A stretch of 52,538 bases of DNA, filler included, from Squatina squatina (lineage: Eukaryota): NCBI GenBank assembly GCA_031763465.1. It is 3 parts of 3 records of this genome, joined end to end, with 100 filler letters (N's around TTAATTAATTAA, not from the genome) between each part and the next. Parts side by side here need not be neighbours in the genome. Positions count along the whole stretch, not along the records: positions 1 to 22,309 come from JARFOE010000080.1; 2 more parts are not named here. One strand, written 5' to 3'. The position numbers and the translations under genes were made by a program. Positions 1 through 11,876 of this stretch are shown piece by piece (position 1 is the first letter of the stretch; each line of letters starts with the position of its first letter). The notes beneath the pieces were generated by a model, which was given only the letters and a program-made list of their open reading frames with translations, was not told the origin of the DNA and did no database searches.

Positions 1-113
1 GTTATTTTTCTATATATAAGTAACTGGTTTGCTGGTTTCATCGTTATTTATATCAAATACGACATTTACCAATATGGTGACGGTTATGGAGGCATCAAGC
101 ATATTAGCCATAC

Positions 114-257
114 CAGTAACAGGAAGTTGTCTATCCAGGTAAAGATATCTTGTGTATTTATATTCCCCAGCCAGGGCTCCTGGAAAATGTCCTGACTTGC
201 GGTGATGGCGATATCGGTAACTGCTGGATTTAACATGGCGAAAGGAATGCTGATCCA
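114..257 (-). CDS. SLC5A7: SLC5A7 copy 1, fifth coding exon (144 nt)
   Basis: WISIPFAMLNPAVTDIAITASQDIFQEPWLGNINTQDIFTWIDNFLLL, AG/GT bounded, 108-nt intron upstream. Confidence 0.95.
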
Positions 258-365
258 CTGAAAAAAGGATTCACATGTTGAAGCACTGGCTTATTTTAGC
301 TGTGGATCAATTCAGTTAGGTTGTGGATGAAACTCCTACAGCGTGCTTTCAATTATTAAGCTTAC

Positions 366-514
366 CAATCCTATGAAGATGCAGAACAACTGGACCACAT
401 CCGTGTATGCAACCGAGTACAATCCACCCACCAGAGTGTAGAATATTGCGATCACAGCAGAAATAATAACCGACAAGTTTATGTTGATGTCCACAATCAC
501 ACTCAGGGTTGCAC
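366..514 (-). CDS. SLC5A7: SLC5A7 copy 1, fourth coding exon (149 nt); the third coding exon is presumably in the 773-1601 gap
   Basis: [50 protein letters not shown]; TTTCAG acceptor, GTAAG donor. Confidence 0.96.
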
Positions 515-1921
515 CTGAAAAACGGTTGTTTATTAACTTAATATTGGCCTCCAGTAAATATAAAGAAAACACTCTATCTTATACTTCCATCACCTTAAAA
601 TAAAACTTTGCATTGTCTACATAGAAACGGCCCACTGTATTTACTTTTGTCGCTGCAGCTTCATTAGGGCCTTTTAGATCGAAGCGTAAATTAGATGCAC
701 ACCGACAGTGCTTGGTCTGAAATTGACATTTTTGCAGTTTCAGTCAATGAGACGTGTCCTTAATGGTGGGGANNNNNNNNNNNNNNNNNNNNNNNNNNNN
801 NNNNNNNNNNNNNNNNNNNNNNNNNNNNNNNNNNNNNNNNNNNNNNNNNNNNNNNNNNNNNNNNNNNNNNNNNNNNNNNNNNNNNNNNNNNNNNNNNNNN
901 NNNNNNNNNNNNNNNNNNNNNNNNNNNNNNNNNNNNNNNNNNNNNNNNNNNNNNNNNNNNNNNNNNNNNNNNNNNNNNNNNNNNNNNNNNNNNNNNNNNN
1001 NNNNNNNNNNNNNNNNNNNNNNNNNNNNNNNNNNNNNNNNNNNNNNNNNNNNNNNNNNNNNNNNNNNNNNNNNNNNNNNNNNNNNNNNNNNNNNNNNNNN
1101 NNNNNNNNNNNNNNNNNNNNNNNNNNNNNNNNNNNNNNNNNNNNNNNNNNNNNNNNNNNNNNNNNNNNNNNNNNNNNNNNNNNNNNNNNNNNNNNNNNNN
1201 NNNNNNNNNNNNNNNNNNNNNNNNNNNNNNNNNNNNNNNNNNNNNNNNNNNNNNNNNNNNNNNNNNNNNNNNNNNNNNNNNNNNNNNNNNNNNNNNNNNN
1301 NNNNNNNNNNNNNNNNNNNNNNNNNNNNNNNNNNNNNNNNNNNNNNNNNNNNNNNNNNNNNNNNNNNNNNNNNNNNNNNNNNNNNNNNNNNNNNNNNNNN
1401 NNNNNNNNNNNNNNNNNNNNNNNNNNNNNNNNNNNNNNNNNNNNNNNNNNNNNNNNNNNNNNNNNNNNNNNNNNNNNNNNNNNNNNNNNNNNNNNNNNNN
1501 NNNNNNNNNNNNNNNNNNNNNNNNNNNNNNNNNNNNNNNNNNNNNNNNNNNNNNNNNNNNNNNNNNNNNNNNNNNNNNNNNNNNNNNNNNNNNNNNNNNN
1601 NNCGAAACGTTGACTCTGTTTTTCTTTTTACAGATGCTGCCTGACCGGCTGAGTTTTTCCAGCTTTTTTTTTATGCTCTTCTGGTTTAAATTGTTGCCTG
1701 CTGTTAACTGGTTCTGTGCCAGTTTTTACTAAGAGGTTGGACACTGAGTGGATTGCCTGTTTGGTTTGAGCGGTTTTCTGCGTGACGGTTTCTTAAAGTT
1801 AGTGACTATGATCAGTCTGCTAAATAGATAATACCTATGGACATGGAGAGCTGACTTGTGTGGATTATTGGAACTTCCGGTCGATTTTAATTGCACAATA
1901 GCCAAGAGCTTTGGTCCATAC

Positions 1922-2035
1922 CTACAACCAGGCTGAGTGCATATCCGAATGGAGCCTGTGCCCAGGCCAAGCCGTACCCAGGGACATAAACCGCCTCTGC
2001 TGTGCCGTTGATGTAGCCACCGCCAACCCAGGTCG
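1922..2035 (-). CDS. SLC5A7: SLC5A7 copy 1, second coding exon (114 nt)
   Basis: [42 protein letters not shown] bounded, phase 1-1; this frame is not in the ORF track. Confidence 0.96.
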   Translation of the reverse strand, partial: RPGLAVATSTAQQRRFMSLGTAWPGHRLHSDMHSAWL

Positions 2036-2645
2036 CTGTCACGGGAAAAGAAGGATTTGTTTAATGACCAGCAAACAGTTTTAGTCCGGCGCAATAGCAA
2101 ATAGAATTGCGGCGGAGTCTACGCCAACAGAAGGCGAGGATAGTGGGATAACGCGAATAGAAAGGCAGGACATGTCACCCACCATTAAATGCTGCACATG
2201 TGGGGCATGGTTTATTTATTTACAGCTTACAGAAACTGCTTTTTTTAATATAACATCCATCTTCAAATGTTCGGCTGTGGAGAATCACACCGCACCTTTT
2301 TCCATCAATGTGTCTGGTAATGAATTTGATGTAACAGCAAGCCATTCGGGTGACTATATAAAGGGGTATTTTATGATTTATTTAAACCTTTTTCAAAATC
2401 GTACAACTTTGTACTGAGAAAGACGACAACCGTCCTTAACACACAATTTAACCCAGGTATTTACGGGGCTAAACGCTATCAGTAGAATGGACGCCAAAAA
2501 TCCAATCATTACAGAGATTTCCTCGCTCTAACCGTTCCTTGCACTGATACTGGGGCCGGTAGCCGCCGCCTTTCATGGATTGAACGATGGGAAGAGGCTG
2601 CTCCCGAGAACTTCCGAATAGGACAACAAGCCATTTGGCACTTAC

Positions 2646-2829
2646 CGGTCATGGTGAAGCCACCAACCAGTAACCCGATGTCTCTTCCGCCAATCATTAT
2701 GGCTTCACTCCGATCTATTCCATGTTCAGTGTACGAATTTTTACTTTTCCAAGCAGCCCATATTCCAACACATAGGATCAACAAATAAAAGAGCACGATA
2801 GCTACTATCCCATCGACATGAATGGCCAT
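2646..2829 (-). CDS. SLC5A7: High-affinity choline transporter 1 (copy 1, canonical), first coding exon
   Basis: [30 protein letters not shown]...[22 protein letters not shown]; ATG at 2829, GTAAG donor after 2646; matches the CHT1 N-terminus. Confidence 0.96.
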
Positions 2830-3045
2830 CTTCTGTGGGAAATGAAGGGGGCAGCAGGCGGCTAATCCAGAGAAACCTGAGGGAGCAAGAGGCAAGCACA
2901 GTATTGCTGCTCTTCGGACTGAATAAAAAAAGGGCAAAAAGACATNNNNNNNNNNNNNNNNNNNNNNNNNNNNNNNNNNNNNNNNNNNNNNNNNNNNNNN
3001 NNNNNNNNNNNNNNNNNNNNNNNNNNNNNNNNNNNNNNNNNNNNN

Positions 3046-3410
3046 TTTTTCTGGACAGGATATATCTGGGTAGTTTTCCACATTGTCGGATAGATGCCAG
3101 TGTTGTATTTGTACTGGAACAGCTTGGCTAGAAGCACGGCTAGTTCTGGAGCACAAGTCTTCAGCATGACAGCTGGAATGTTGTCTGGGCTCATTGTCTT
3201 TGCTGTATCTAGTGCACTCAGCCATTTCTTGATATCACGTGGAGTGAATTGAATTGGCTGGAGACTGGCTTCTGTGATGGTGGGGACTTCAGGAGGAGGC
3301 CGATATGGATCATCCACTCAGCACTTCTGGCTGAAGATGATTGCAAATGCTTCAGCCTTGTCTTTTGTACGCATGTGCTGGGCTCCGCCATCATTGAGGG
3401 TGGGAATGTT
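3046..3410 (-). mobile_element. CR1/Jockey-group LINE ORF2 fragment
   Basis: PIQFTPRDIKKWLSALDTAKTMSPDNIPAVMLKTCAPELAVLLAKLFQ...IYPTMWK, the region preceding the RT domain; contains a stop codon. Confidence 0.85.
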
Positions 3411-3587
3411 CCTGTGCTGTGAGAAACAATGGCAGGCTGAACTTCCAGTGGAAACCATTTACACAACTGCTGTAGTGCCTGAGAAACTAGGGGAAACATT
3501 TCTTTAGATGCATCTTTGTGCCTTGGAGGAAGAAGCGTCACTTCATTTACCTTACACAGATTATAACAAATGATACTGCATACATAC

Positions 3588-3731
3588 CATCAGAAAGTAA
3601 TTATCAATCCAAATGAAAGCATCTTGAGAAGTTATGGTTCCAATCCATGGTTCACGGTAAACATACTGGGTTGCAGTGATGGCGATACTTGTAACAGCAG
3701 GATGTGTAAGAGCAAAAGGCATGCTGAGGTA
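3588..3731 (-). CDS. SLC5A7-like paralogue (copy 2), fifth coding exon (144 nt)
   Basis: YLSMPFALTHPAVTSIAITATQYVYREPWIGTITSQDAFIWIDNYFLM, AG/GT bounded, same length as the copy-1 exon. Confidence 0.93.
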
Positions 3732-3841
3732 CTGCATGAAGAATCAAAGAAACAATCTTAATCCATCACTAAATATATTCTGTATATCCAGATGTTTAAA
3801 ATTTAACTTTTAATAATTTAACACAAGTTTTATAAACTCAC

Positions 3842-3990
3842 CAATCCGATAAAGATACAGAACAGCTGGGCCATGTCTGTGTATGCAACTGAGTACAATC
3901 CGCCAATCAGAGTATAACAAATTGATATCAGACAAGAAATAATAATGGCCAAGTGAATGTTGATATTGAAAATCACACTCAACGATGAAC
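3842..3990 (-). CDS. SLC5A7-like paralogue, fourth coding exon (149 nt)
   Basis: [50 protein letters not shown]; GTGAGT donor. Confidence 0.94.
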
Positions 3991-4299
3991 CTAAAGGAGA
4001 AAATGTTTATTAGTTAGGAATTTGGATGTAATAGGTGGTAACTAGAGTATCTGGCTTAGAAACTCGTGAGCTCCCAAAAATGCTTGCGTGGATCGCGATG
4101 AGCAACCACCCCACGCTGGTTCAAAGGAATGCANNNNNNNNNNNNNNNNNNNNNNNNNNNNNNNNNNNNNNNNNNNNNNNNNNNNNNNNNNNNNNNNNNN
4201 NNNNNNNNNNNNNNNNNNNNNNNNNNNNNNNNNTATGTTTATTGGCTGTTAAAGTCTGTGTGAAAAGCTTAGGGTGGTGTCAGATCAGTTCATCCCTCT

Positions 4300-4465
4300 T
4301 TGCTAGGCTCAGTTCGTAGCACTCTCACCACATCAGTCAGAAGGTTGGAGATTCAAAGCCGACTCCAGGAATTGAGTAAATAAGCTAATATATTTAGATT
4401 ATGATATTTCACTGTGGTACTGAATGAGTGGTGCATTGTTGGAGATTCTGTCTTTCAGATGGAAT
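4300..4465 (+). mobile_element. 5' part of a tRNA-derived Deu-type SINE (SacSINE1-like)
   Basis: GGCTCAGT..GTAGCACTCTCACC..AGTCAGAAGGTTG..GATTCAAAGCC head, homologous to the copy at 22572. Confidence 0.7.
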
Positions 4466-4467
4466 AT

Positions 4468-4810
4468 AGAATCATTGCATGATACAGCACAGAAGGAGGC
4501 CATTCAGCCCATCATGCCTGTGTCAGCTCTTTGGTAGAGGTATCCAATTAATCTCAGCCCCCTGCTCTTTTCCCATAGCCCTGTAATTTTTTTCCCTTCG
4601 GGTATTTATAAAATTATCTTTTGAGTGATACCATTGAATCTGATTCCACCACCTTTTCGGGCAGTGCATTCTAGATTACAACAACTCACTGTGTAAAAAA
4701 ATGTTTCCTCATGTTACCTCTGTTTCTTTTGCCAATCACCTTAAATGTGTCCTCTGGTTAAATGTGTCCTTCTGCTACTGGAAATAGTTTCTCGTTATTT
4801 ACCCTATCAA
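4468..4810 (-). mobile_element. CR1 LINE 3' end
   Basis: Reverse complement resembles the CR1 tail at 30400-30685 (GGGCTGAATGGCCTCCTTCTGTGC). Confidence 0.75.
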
Positions 4811-5176
4811 AGCCATATGTGAGCTCTGAACTTGTGAGACCCTTTCCAGCATGGAGTTCTACTTGAGAGCAATGCTGCTGAGAGAATCAGGCAGAGGTCA
4901 TAATGCCCAATTTTTGGTGCTGCTAAATCTCTGGTCATCAAATTTAATGATAATAAAATTGGGAACAGGTTGAATCAGGTGGGCTGAACTCAATTCCCAA
5001 TTCTTCGATCTGTTAAGCAAAATTCTGTGTTGGAAGGAGAGTCTCGCAAATTTGGGGCTACAGCATTTTGCTGCTTTGTTCAAAAGTAACCAGATAGTTT
5101 TCTGCAGATCTATTCCCTCATTCTTTGCAGAAAAAAAATCAAGAATATGTTTATAATTAAAGCCATATTTTCTCAC

Positions 5177-5332
5177 CAAGAGCAGATAGAACAGCTGCTG
5201 TCCAAAACAGCTCTCCCATGGCAGCAGGGATGAACATCAGGCCACCTACCCATTTACCGTAGATTTCCTGAAAGGGGTCCAACATGGTCACATACCTCTT
5301 TGTACGCATTGGTTTAGCGAAAAACAAACCAC
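5177..5332 (-). CDS. SLC5A7-like paralogue, third coding exon (156 nt)
   Basis: [56 protein letters not shown] bounded. Confidence 0.95.
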
Positions 5333-6218
5333 CTGCAAAAATATTATTGAAGAACTACTTTGTAACATAGGATTCCTTTGCTTTATAAAGATAATTACTG
5401 GCATTACTGTCGAACAGTTATGTAATAAATAAAGTAAATATGCCATGCAATCATCCATGGCATGGTTATACCAGTCACATTGCTAAAATTATTACCTGTG
5501 TTGCTATAATACCATTATGTCACTGGAATGTGGTGGCACAGTCATACTGCAAAAAATAAAATGATGCTCCGTGGCTCTTCCAGAATTGATTGGCTGAAAC
5601 TCCCTTCACAAACATTAATTATTCTCAATTGAGAAAAATTATGCGTAGCAGAAGAATAGCTTGTAAACCAATGTTATCCAACATTCTGTAACACTTAGAA
5701 AAGATATATGTAGAAATTTGCTATATGGTGCTATAAATTTTCATGCGATGCTGGGATTCCTTTCAGAGAATTTTAATTTAAATTTAATCGGTACAAATGA
5801 AAATATGACATGTTGCATAATTGTTTAACTCAGGGTGACCTCTTTACTACTTTCTATATGTACTTTGTGAAAAAAATATAAAATGCCATTAAAATACAAT
5901 CTAGAAATGTTTAGTATTGAAATTTTGCTAACTGTCAGACCGTTTGTGCAGTTAGTCAATGGATTGAAATTTTCAGTGCTCCAGAGTGCAGTCCATCAGT
6001 TGCCATGGCTCCCCAGGGTATGGGAAATTTGAATCTGCAGATAACTCCCTCACTGTGTAAGGGCACAATGTTGGTGCCTACGTCTGTTGATGATTCCTAA
6101 ATAGATAAGTAGAATTTTTTTCCTTTGAGATAGAAGATTGTGGGTGCAAACTCCACTGGAGGGTTTGAGCACATAATCTAGCCACCACTTCAAAAAAAAG
6201 AATAACTTGCATTTATAT

Positions 6219-6337
6219 TAGGGCAACCATACATCCCCGTTTTCCGGGGACAGTCCCCGGAAGAGGGGCAGTGTCCCCGGGCAAACAATGTCCTGGAAAG
6301 AGTCTCCGTTTCATGAAACTCGTCCCCGAATATGCAT
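6219..6337 (+). mobile_element. hAT (Blackjack-like) DNA transposon terminus
   Basis: TAGGGCAACCATACATCCCCGTTTTCCGGGGACAGTCCCCGG resembles Blackjack/MER94-type termini; truncated by a gap. Confidence 0.55.
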
Positions 6338-6821
6338 NNNNNNNNNNNNNNNNNNNNNNNNNNNNNNNNNNNNNNNNNNNNNNNNNNNNNNNNNNNNNNN
6401 NNNNNNNNNNNNNNNNNNNNNNNNNNNNNNNNNNNNNTTCCACATAGAAAGCTGAAAAATCACTGAAACAACTGTTCTAAACATTAAGAAATAAGATGAT
6501 AAAGAATTACACTTGTCAAAGATGATAGCTAACTGATTGAAAAATTATTCAATTGTTCTAGATATGAGAAAGAGTGGTATAACATAAACCCTTTTTATTT
6601 TAAAAAATTCTTGTTGTTCTTGGCAATTTTATTTTGTTTGGTAGTGAAGAAAAAATTATACCACTGCACATTGCAAAGAAAATAATGAAAGGATTAACAG
6701 AGGGCATAATGACAGAAATGGAACATAATTTAACCCAAAGCATTTGCAATATTTCTCTAAATCAACATTTTGACTTCAATAAGAAAAGGGAAAGCATTTG
6801 TAGAAAATGATTTTTCCTTAC

Positions 6822-6935
6822 CGAGCATAAGACTTACTGCATATCCTATGGGTGCTTGTGTCCATGCAAACCCTTGTCCAACAATATAGACTGCTTCTGC
6901 TGTGCCATTAATGTAAGCACCACCAACCCAAGTGG
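6822..6935 (-). CDS. SLC5A7-like paralogue, second coding exon (114 nt)
   Basis: [42 protein letters not shown] bounded. Confidence 0.95.
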
Positions 6936-6989
6936 CTGCAGGACAGATATAAGATGATAAAGAACCAGATATGCAATTTATTTCAGTTC

Positions 6990-7965
6990 ATTGTTACATA
7001 CATGATAATATAAAGTAAGGAGTATTTTGCATAAAGGATAATATACAGGCTGGAGTGTGTTACACACAGGATAATATAGATGCTGGACTATGTAAAACAA
7101 AGGATAATATTCATGCTGGAGTGTGTTGCGCTCAGGATAATATACAGTATGGAGTGTGTTACACAGTATAATATAGATACTGGAGCTTTTTACATGCCGC
7201 AAAATATACAGGCTGGAGTTTGTTACATGCTGGATGATATGCAGGCTGGGGTGTAATACCCGCTAGATAATATACAGGCTGAAATGTGTTGCACACAGGA
7301 TAATACACAGACTGAAGTGTGTTGCACACAGGATAATATATGGGCTGGAGTGTTTTTGCCAGGTTAATATACAGGATTGATTATGTTGTAGATGATCACA
7401 TACAGGCTGGAGTGTGTTACATGCTGGATAATAAAGAGGCTGGAGTGTGTTCCACACAGGATAATATATGGCCTGGAGTGTTTTCGACAGGATAATATGC
7501 AGGTTGGATTGAGTTGGACAGGATAATATACAGGCTTCAGTGTGGTTCACACAGGATAATAGACAGGATGGTGTGTGTTACATACAGGGTAATATATAGG
7601 CTGGAGTTTGATAAACACAGGATAATTTACAGGCTGGAGATTGATACACACAGGATAATTTATAGGCTGGAATGTGTAACACACAGGATAATTTTCAGGC
7701 AGGCCTGTGTTGCATCTGATAATATACATGCTGGAGTGTGTTACACACAGGATAATATACAGACCAGAATGTATTGCACACAGGATAATAAACAGGCCGG
7801 AATTTTTTACACACTGGTTTATATTGAGGCTGGAGTGTGTGACACACAGGATAATGTACAGGCTGGAATGTGCTACACGCAGGATTATATGGAGGCTGGA
7901 GTATATAAGACACAGGATAATATTCCTGCTGGAGTGTGTTGCATTCAGGATAATATGCAGTCTGG
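6990..7965. repeat. 33-bp minisatellite (intronic)
   Basis: Degenerate tandem unit ~AGGCTGGAGTGTGTTACACACAGGATAATATAC; explains the 11-aa periodic ORFs (HRIIYRLECVT). Confidence 0.92.
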
Positions 7966-9092
7966 NNNNNNNNNNNNNNNNNNNNNNNNNNNNNNNNNNN
8001 NNNNNNNNNNNNNNNNNNNNNNNNNNNNNNNNNNNNNNNNNNNNNNNNNNNNNNNNNNNNNNNNNGAGGCAGCCAGGCGCTCTCGCGTTAAGTCCCTTTT
8101 CTGCTTTTCAGGGACTTCCGCCCAGAGTCAGCTATAGGCATTCTGCCTGTTGCTTTTAGACAGCAGCAGAGGGCAGCCATTGCTGCTGTCGCAGACTTCC
8201 CAGGTGCATTGCCTGCTAGGGTGGTGTACACCAGATGTAATCGAAATGACATAGCACATTACATTTGGGCATACTGAGACCCAGTCAGGTGCAGCACACT
8301 TTGAGCATGCCCAATTTTCTATGTTAGCCGATTTCCTGTGGCACTGCGGCAGAGGGATTGAAGGGTGTGGTGGCTTGAGCTTTGGAATGGGATTTAGCAG
8401 CAAGGCACAGGTCTGAAGCCTGGCACTACTAAGATAAGTCTTTTGGCATTGGGTACGCTGGGCTCTGGGAGAATTCAGGAGATATGGAGCCGAGGGCTTT
8501 GAAATACTTTGAGAAAAGGAGGTCTGGCAACAATCAAAGGCAGGGGTGAGGGTTCAGCAGTACTTGTGGGGAGTGTTAGTGCTTGGCAGCAGATACTTAC
8601 ACATACATTTTTAATTACAAGGGGGAATGGGAATTGCAGTGGTTTAAACATTGGCCTTCTGTCTCTGGGACTTGAATTTAAATCTAGTTCCAGAGTGATC
8701 AAGTCTCCCTCGGTTTGCTGATTGTAAAGCTCCTCTGTGAAATGAGTTTGGGGTTTTAATTAAGCTTCCAGTGGATGTGGACCCAGTTGCGAATCATACT
8801 CAGAGATTCTACAGGCTGGAGCTGAGGAAAGGGAGGTTTAGTCTGTCTCAAACCATATTATACATGATATGGGAATGCTTAATGTGGACACTGGAACCCT
8901 GAAATTGAAAGTGTTCCATTACCCAGCGTGGACAACCCTCATTTTGGTAAGAAATACCAGTAAGAAAAGTTCTTAAAAAAGTAACAGTTTGCACACTAAT
9001 TCAATTCTTCTCTTCCTCTATAGTTAAAAATTAACATAATTTTCTTTTAAACTTTGGGAAGTGTAACAATAAGTATAAGTGAATAAACTCAC

Positions 9093-9276
9093 CAGTCATA
9101 GTAAAAATACCAAGCACTAAACCTATGTCTCTTCTTCCTATCATAATAACTTCATTTTGAAGTAGTTGAACACGGCTTGTCTTAAGTTTATTTTTCCAGG
9201 CTGCCCATATTCCAATAATTAGGATTATTAGGTAGAACAGGATGATTGCGACTAGCCCTCCTATGTCGACAGACAT
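9093..9276 (-). CDS. SLC5A7-like paralogue, first coding exon
   Basis: MSVDIGGLVAIILFYLIILIIGIWAAWKNK...NEVIMIGRRDIGLVLGIFTMT, 184 nt as in copy 1; GTGAGT donor. Confidence 0.94.
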
Positions 9277-11241
9277 TTTCAACTGAAAATGCAGCAACTG
9301 CAGAATGCTGTCACCAATGTCTAGATTAAAAAAAAATATATACATTATGCATCAGCATTGTTACAATTAATAAACATCAAAGTAGAGTGTAATCAGCCAT
9401 TTCCAAACCACTCAAAATACCCGCTAAGACTAGGACAAACAGGAAAAGGCTAATAGACCGAAAAGAGACCACCTGTTTTCCTACTGAACCGTCACGTAAT
9501 CTGACACAACATGAACAACAATCATCCTCTTATAGTCATATGTCTCATTTCCATAAGTCAAAATAGACTTGTGTTGCCAGCATTTCACTTTTAGCATGAA
9601 ATCAGACAGGGTTGCTCTTTNNNNNNNNNNNNNNNNNNNNNNNNNNNNNNNNNNNNNNNNNNNNNNNNNNNNNNNNNNNNNNNNNNNNNNNNNNNNNNNN
9701 NNNNNNNNNNNNNNNNNNNNGGTGGTGTTTACTATTTGCAGGTAAGTCCAATAGTGTCTCCATTGTATCTGAATGAAAAATCTGTGCTGTGCTGTGTTTA
9801 TAGCTGCATATTGAACAGTAGCTTAAAATATTATTCTCGGATATAAACTGGTTTGGTCTTTGATTAAGGATCTTTTTGAATGATGACAGATGTGGGACTG
9901 GAGCTTAGTAGGATATCTACTTCAAAATATTTTAAGCCTATAATACACTAAACAGATCATTCATTTTTACCAGTAAGTTGTATGTGATAGTGGCTTCTGA
10001 GGTTGCTTTTGTACATTTACACAATGCACTTTAGATGTAGCCTTTATAATATTTTCTAAATATTTCTTCAGTTCTTTTCCATTCAATCAATGTTTCTGTA
10101 GCAATCAGTGGAAGAGTGCATCTCCCACACTGACCTACTGTGTCAGAGTGATAGGACTCGGCTTTATGGCTGGTATTTTGCAAACAACCAGTTCCTGCTT
10201 TCTGTTCAGAGGGAGGTTCCGAAGGGAGATTATTTCTGCACTCTCTGCTGTCAGCTTCATTTCTGGGACATGGAGGCAGGCTGATGCCTGCCCTCCTGGT
10301 CAGAAAGAGAGCATTTTTTTCCCTTTACCCCTGCCTGAATGCTGTATGATATGGTTCCACAGACACAGACTGCCCTCCAGTACTTCATTAATTGTCCAGT
10401 ACAAAATCAAAAACTGGATAGTATAGTGCTAGAGCAGACATTTGTCCACGGCTTGAGTTCGGATGTTATATTTACAATTGGTGAAAAGTCACTGGAAATT
10501 TTAGTATCTTCACATCATGAGCAGAATTCATTAAAAAAACCAGATATCCTCTTTCAAAAACAGGCTCTGCTCTGATTACATCTTAGAAATTCCTGTTCAA
10601 AAAACAGATTATCCAATTTCAAAAGCAGACAGGTGGTAACTCTATACCTTGCCCAAATGGCCATTGCTCTTTTCTGAACATGGACAGTGAATGTCGACAG
10701 GGGGAGCATCACAACTAAGCAAAGTCCTGCATTTACCTGTAGCAATCTTATCCCGAGTNNNNNNNNNNNNNNNNNNNNNNNNNNNNNNNNNNNNNNNNNN
10801 NNNNNNNNNNNNNNNNNNNNNNNNNNNNNNNNNNNNNNNNNNNNNNNNNNNNNNNNNNATATAAAAATCAGTAACTGTACTTTCTAAAAGTGTACAATCT
10901 CTATTGCAAAGTGTTTGGCAAACACTTGAATCAGTTCATGGAATTCGTGCCAATGCATTATTTTGTCATGAGGACATCATTACATCCCTTGAGTGAGATG
11001 ACAGTGATGCTCAGCTTTTCTGGCTTCTCTTCGTCCTGGGAAATGATGGCAATGCCCCTCTAAAAGAGCGGTGTTGCAAGAGATTCCTGCCTTAAAATAT
11101 AAGGTAAATTTGACTTGCTAACATTTTACTTTTCTCGCTGTGATGCTTCTCTGTTAATCTGTCCTTTATTTTATTTTTTTAGCTGGCTTTTTCACACTCC
11201 AGCTGTGCTGAATCCAAGAGGAGTTTGGTGCAGTTTGGACA

Positions 11242-11433
11242 ATGAAAGCCAAGACCAAGCAGTGGAAGCAGCTAGTGCTGATTGGGATACTGGCATGGGC
11301 ACTCGTCTTCTTGCTGCTGTTTACATATTTCACAGACTTCAAAACAGATGAGCGTCCAGCCAGCTCTTTCACAAACACTGAGACAAGAAGGCTCTTTCCC
11401 GTACAGGGTAAACAGAGAGTCATTATGGGGGCC
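11242..11433 (+). CDS. ST6GAL2: Beta-galactoside alpha-2,6-sialyltransferase 2, start of first coding exon (cut at a chimeric junction)
   Basis: [32 protein letters not shown]...[18 protein letters not shown] matches the ST6Gal II cytoplasmic/TM/stem start. Confidence 0.92.
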
Positions 11434-11507
11434 TTCCCCATTCTGTATCTCTTCTCCCCTACTCCCCAAACCTTACTTCTCCTTTAACAGTAATATATTT
11501 TTTGCAG

Positions 11508-11639
11508 GAATTTGAAATAGAACTGGAAGGATCTCAGACTCTAAGAATTCTATGTTACGAAAAATGCTACAACAAAACCAAACTCACCAAAGAAGATGCT
11601 GAAATTACAGATAAAATCATGGGGAAAGGACAGATTCAG
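11508..11639 (+). CDS. BCR: Single BCR/ABR-family C2-domain exon (132 nt), out of syntenic context
   Basis: [44 protein letters not shown] with TTTGCAG acceptor and GT donor; SQTL and CYNKTK favour BCR over ABR. Confidence 0.8.
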
Positions 11640-11876
11640 GTAGGTCCTTCAGTCAACCCGAAAGGCTACCGCAGAAATGTGATTCTTTGAGTCACTCGGT
11701 TAACTAGAAACCCAGATACTCGCAACCTTCACACAATTATTACTTTTAGCATGCATTTAACCCACTGAATTTGAAANNNNNNNNNNNNNNNNNNNNNNNN
11801 NNNNNNNNNNNNNNNNNNNNNNNNNNNNNNNNNNNNNNNNNNNNNNNNNNNNNNNNNNNNNNNNNNNNNNNNNNNN

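Noticed and set aside
708-1644. ~300-aa ORFs here, and all other X-containing ORFs in the track
   Set aside because: They are open only because they run through N gaps
7514-8159. 207-aa and 150-aa periodic ORFs
   Set aside because: Translations of the 33-bp minisatellite, antisense within an intron
3588-9276. SLC5A7 copy 2 as an uncollapsed haplotype or processed pseudogene
   Set aside because: Far too divergent to be an allele, retains introns, and shows no disablements in five exons
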